Program-made: the position numbers and the translations under genes
The notes under the pieces: generated by a model
Database searches by the model: none
What the model saw: only the letters and a program-made list of their open reading frames with translations
What the model was told of the DNA's origin: nothing
DNA from: Seison nebaliae
Lineage: Eukaryota
DNA length: 64,000 nt
Assembly: GCA_023231475.1 (NCBI GenBank)
Contig: JALJEE010002349.1
Location: 62,001-126,000 of the forward strand
Reading direction: 5' to 3'
In this document: in pieces, positions 61,802 through 64,000 of the stretch
How positions within the stretch are numbered: the stretch's first letter is position 1
Layout: each line of letters begins with the position of its first letter

Positions 61802-64000
61802 GAAAATAAGAAGGAAAGAAATATAATTATAGATTTCTATTTAAAATTTTTCTTTTAATCGATTTCCATTAATTATCGGAGAGCTCAATCGATTGGGTAG
61901 AATAGAAGAAAGAACCTTTTCACCATCCATCTACTAGTCGCTATGTTATGAGGGTAGAAATCTTCAAACTATTCAAGAATACGAAACAATTGAAGTTAAC
62001 TTCTTCAAACTTTCCCCCCTACACAATTACTTCACACATGAAATGGGAGACAATGTGTACGTCTTCCCAATCACACAACTTCCCCTCACCATTGTTCACA
62101 TGGATATTATGATTCCTATTAATGTTGCCAAATGACATAAATCAAATGATTGATTACACTCATTGATGTCCATAAAACACTTTCGAATCGATGACTAAGA
62201 AATATTGATCGCTCATTATTTATGATGAATCCCAGTCGAAAATTATTCTCAACTTCTTTTGTGAATTTGGAAGAATTGGATCTTATCTGGTTATTGTAAA
62301 ATATGATCAAGTTGGATATGTAGGTGTCACACGACCGAAATGAGAAATAATGTACTTTGCAGTCCTCTCTCATTTCCTGTACGCTCACAATTCCTTTTTC
62401 AGAGTTGCTATATTTCAATTATATTGTGCTTCATTTCCATTATTTTTTGCTTCATTTCATTCCTCCTTTTAATGAATATTACAGAATAACCGCCTACTGT
62501 TAATCTTCCTTTCGTCGAATTGAACTTTACCGCCTGCCTATCACATACTTATCGACGATAGTTTCCTTCCTTTTGGGAATTGCACTATTTCCTTTTCCAT
62601 ATGTGAAACTTGTCGATGAGAATCGTTTACACTCCATCCAATCCATCTTAAAATTGTTAGACGGTTATCAGATAATTAAAAGGATCAATTCAATACACCC
62701 CTACGCGGAGATGTCAAACCGCCTCCCACCCTTACATTTCAGTTCCAACAATTATTACTTTCCGTATTCGGTCATTATTTTATCCATAATCTTATAAATA
62801 GCCATCATTATATATAAGTTTAACAAGTTAAGTTAAGTTAAGGAAAAACATTTAATGTTTTCACAAATTTTCACCAAGGAAAACCAATTTTTAATAAAGT
62901 ATCCGTAATTTTTGTTAATAACATTAATGAATTAATTGAACAATTAAATTTATCATTTTCTATTATTATTATCATGTTACTGACAGACAATAATTATGGT
63001 TTTGAACTTTGATTGACGTGAGTTGCTCTAACCTTGTTGAACTGATGAATTTTTATTTAAAATAACCACTTATGACTATTTAAAGGGTTAATGAATTTGA
63101 ATTGTTCATCATTTTAAAATTAAGCTTTGGTGGAAAATTTAAAAGAGATGGTACTGTTTTCTGAGAATGAATGAGTTCAATTATTAAAAATGAATTTCAT
63201 GAGAATGAATTGGAGAAAATTAAAAAATATTTTCTTGACTTTTGTTTAGGATGCATCGATGGAGGTAGTCAAAACGAATTAGAGAAAGAGGAAGATACAC
63301 CTTATATCGGAATGTAATTATTTACTCTGAATCTCTCATCGATCATCATTGAACATAACTCCAAAAAAATTCTGTCTCGTTCGGGAAATAAGTTCGTTCA
63401 ATTTCATTTATATCATTCTTCCTAATATATTTATATTAAGAAGTGGTTTATTTATAAGTTTGGGGGAAGAAGTATGTGTATACGTTCGTATAATGAAAAT
63501 TCAAGTTCTCAGTAGCTCAAGGAACATAAAGATCTCCAACCACTGACTGTAACGGAGGAGATCGATCAACATAAAAATTCACTTTACCCATATTAGGATT
63601 TTCGAGAAACAAAAAAAAGAAAGAAAGTGTAAAGAAAATTCAAGTTCGTATAATTAAAATTTAAGTTTGTGAGATGTTGCTGTGCAAAAAAACGAATTTC
63701 AAATTAATTTAATATCCCGGTTATTAATACTTAATACGTTTGACATTAAACACAGTTTTATTAGCAAAGGCATATATTTAACATGGAAACACATGTTCAG
63801 ATTAATATAATTTTACCCACAATCCGTTATTACGAACTACATCACGATATTCTTCTCCACTCAGACCACGATTATTACTTCGTACGACTCGGCAGCATCC
63901 CTGTCAATCGATCGAGGATGTTTTTAGCAGATGCATTGCTTGATCAACGTTGGTGATGACCGAAACTTCTTTATTTCCTTTTCTTATTTATCCCAACGGA

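Noticed and set aside
1..64000. Alternative genetic code or frameshifting to explain the fragmented ORFs
   Set aside because: The breaks I worked through in conserved genes are resolved by short GT-AG introns under the standard code
61900..64000. Short ORFs and exon-like stretches at the window end
   Set aside because: No consistent spliced model or recognisable domain could be built

Overview
Strongly AT-rich, very compact animal (metazoan) nuclear DNA, not prokaryotic. It is probably from a spiralian; a reduced-genome rotifer relative such as Seison is only my guess. About 22 protein-coding genes were reconstructed by hand-splicing across short introns (mostly 43-60 nt): SGT1, CDK5RAP3, two tandem Pax2/5/8-group paired-box genes, a small myristoylated orphan, CWC25, SIRT1, a TM orphan, GINS1, sortilin, a large membrane protein, two tandem arginine-kinase-family genes, two paralogous orphan genes, SF3B4, PINCH, METTL16, a secreted EGF-like protein, a heme peroxidase, a 5-HT7-like GPCR, a CNBD-like gene and an Ig-domain receptor. 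The strongest signal is an unusual splicing code. Of 33 introns tallied in 11 genes, 29 start GTT instead of GTR, only 6 have +5G and 8 end in AAG, while the one long (503-nt) intron keeps a canonical GTAAGT. Alongside this are a divergent METTL16 and a CWC25 lacking its conserved N-terminus. A second highlight is a phosphagen kinase pair apparently split between compartments: one has a signal peptide plus C-terminal KNEL (ER lumen) and the other ends in AKL (PTS1-like). Gene models are manual and have no transcript support. No rRNA, tRNA, CRISPR array or intact transposon was recognised.
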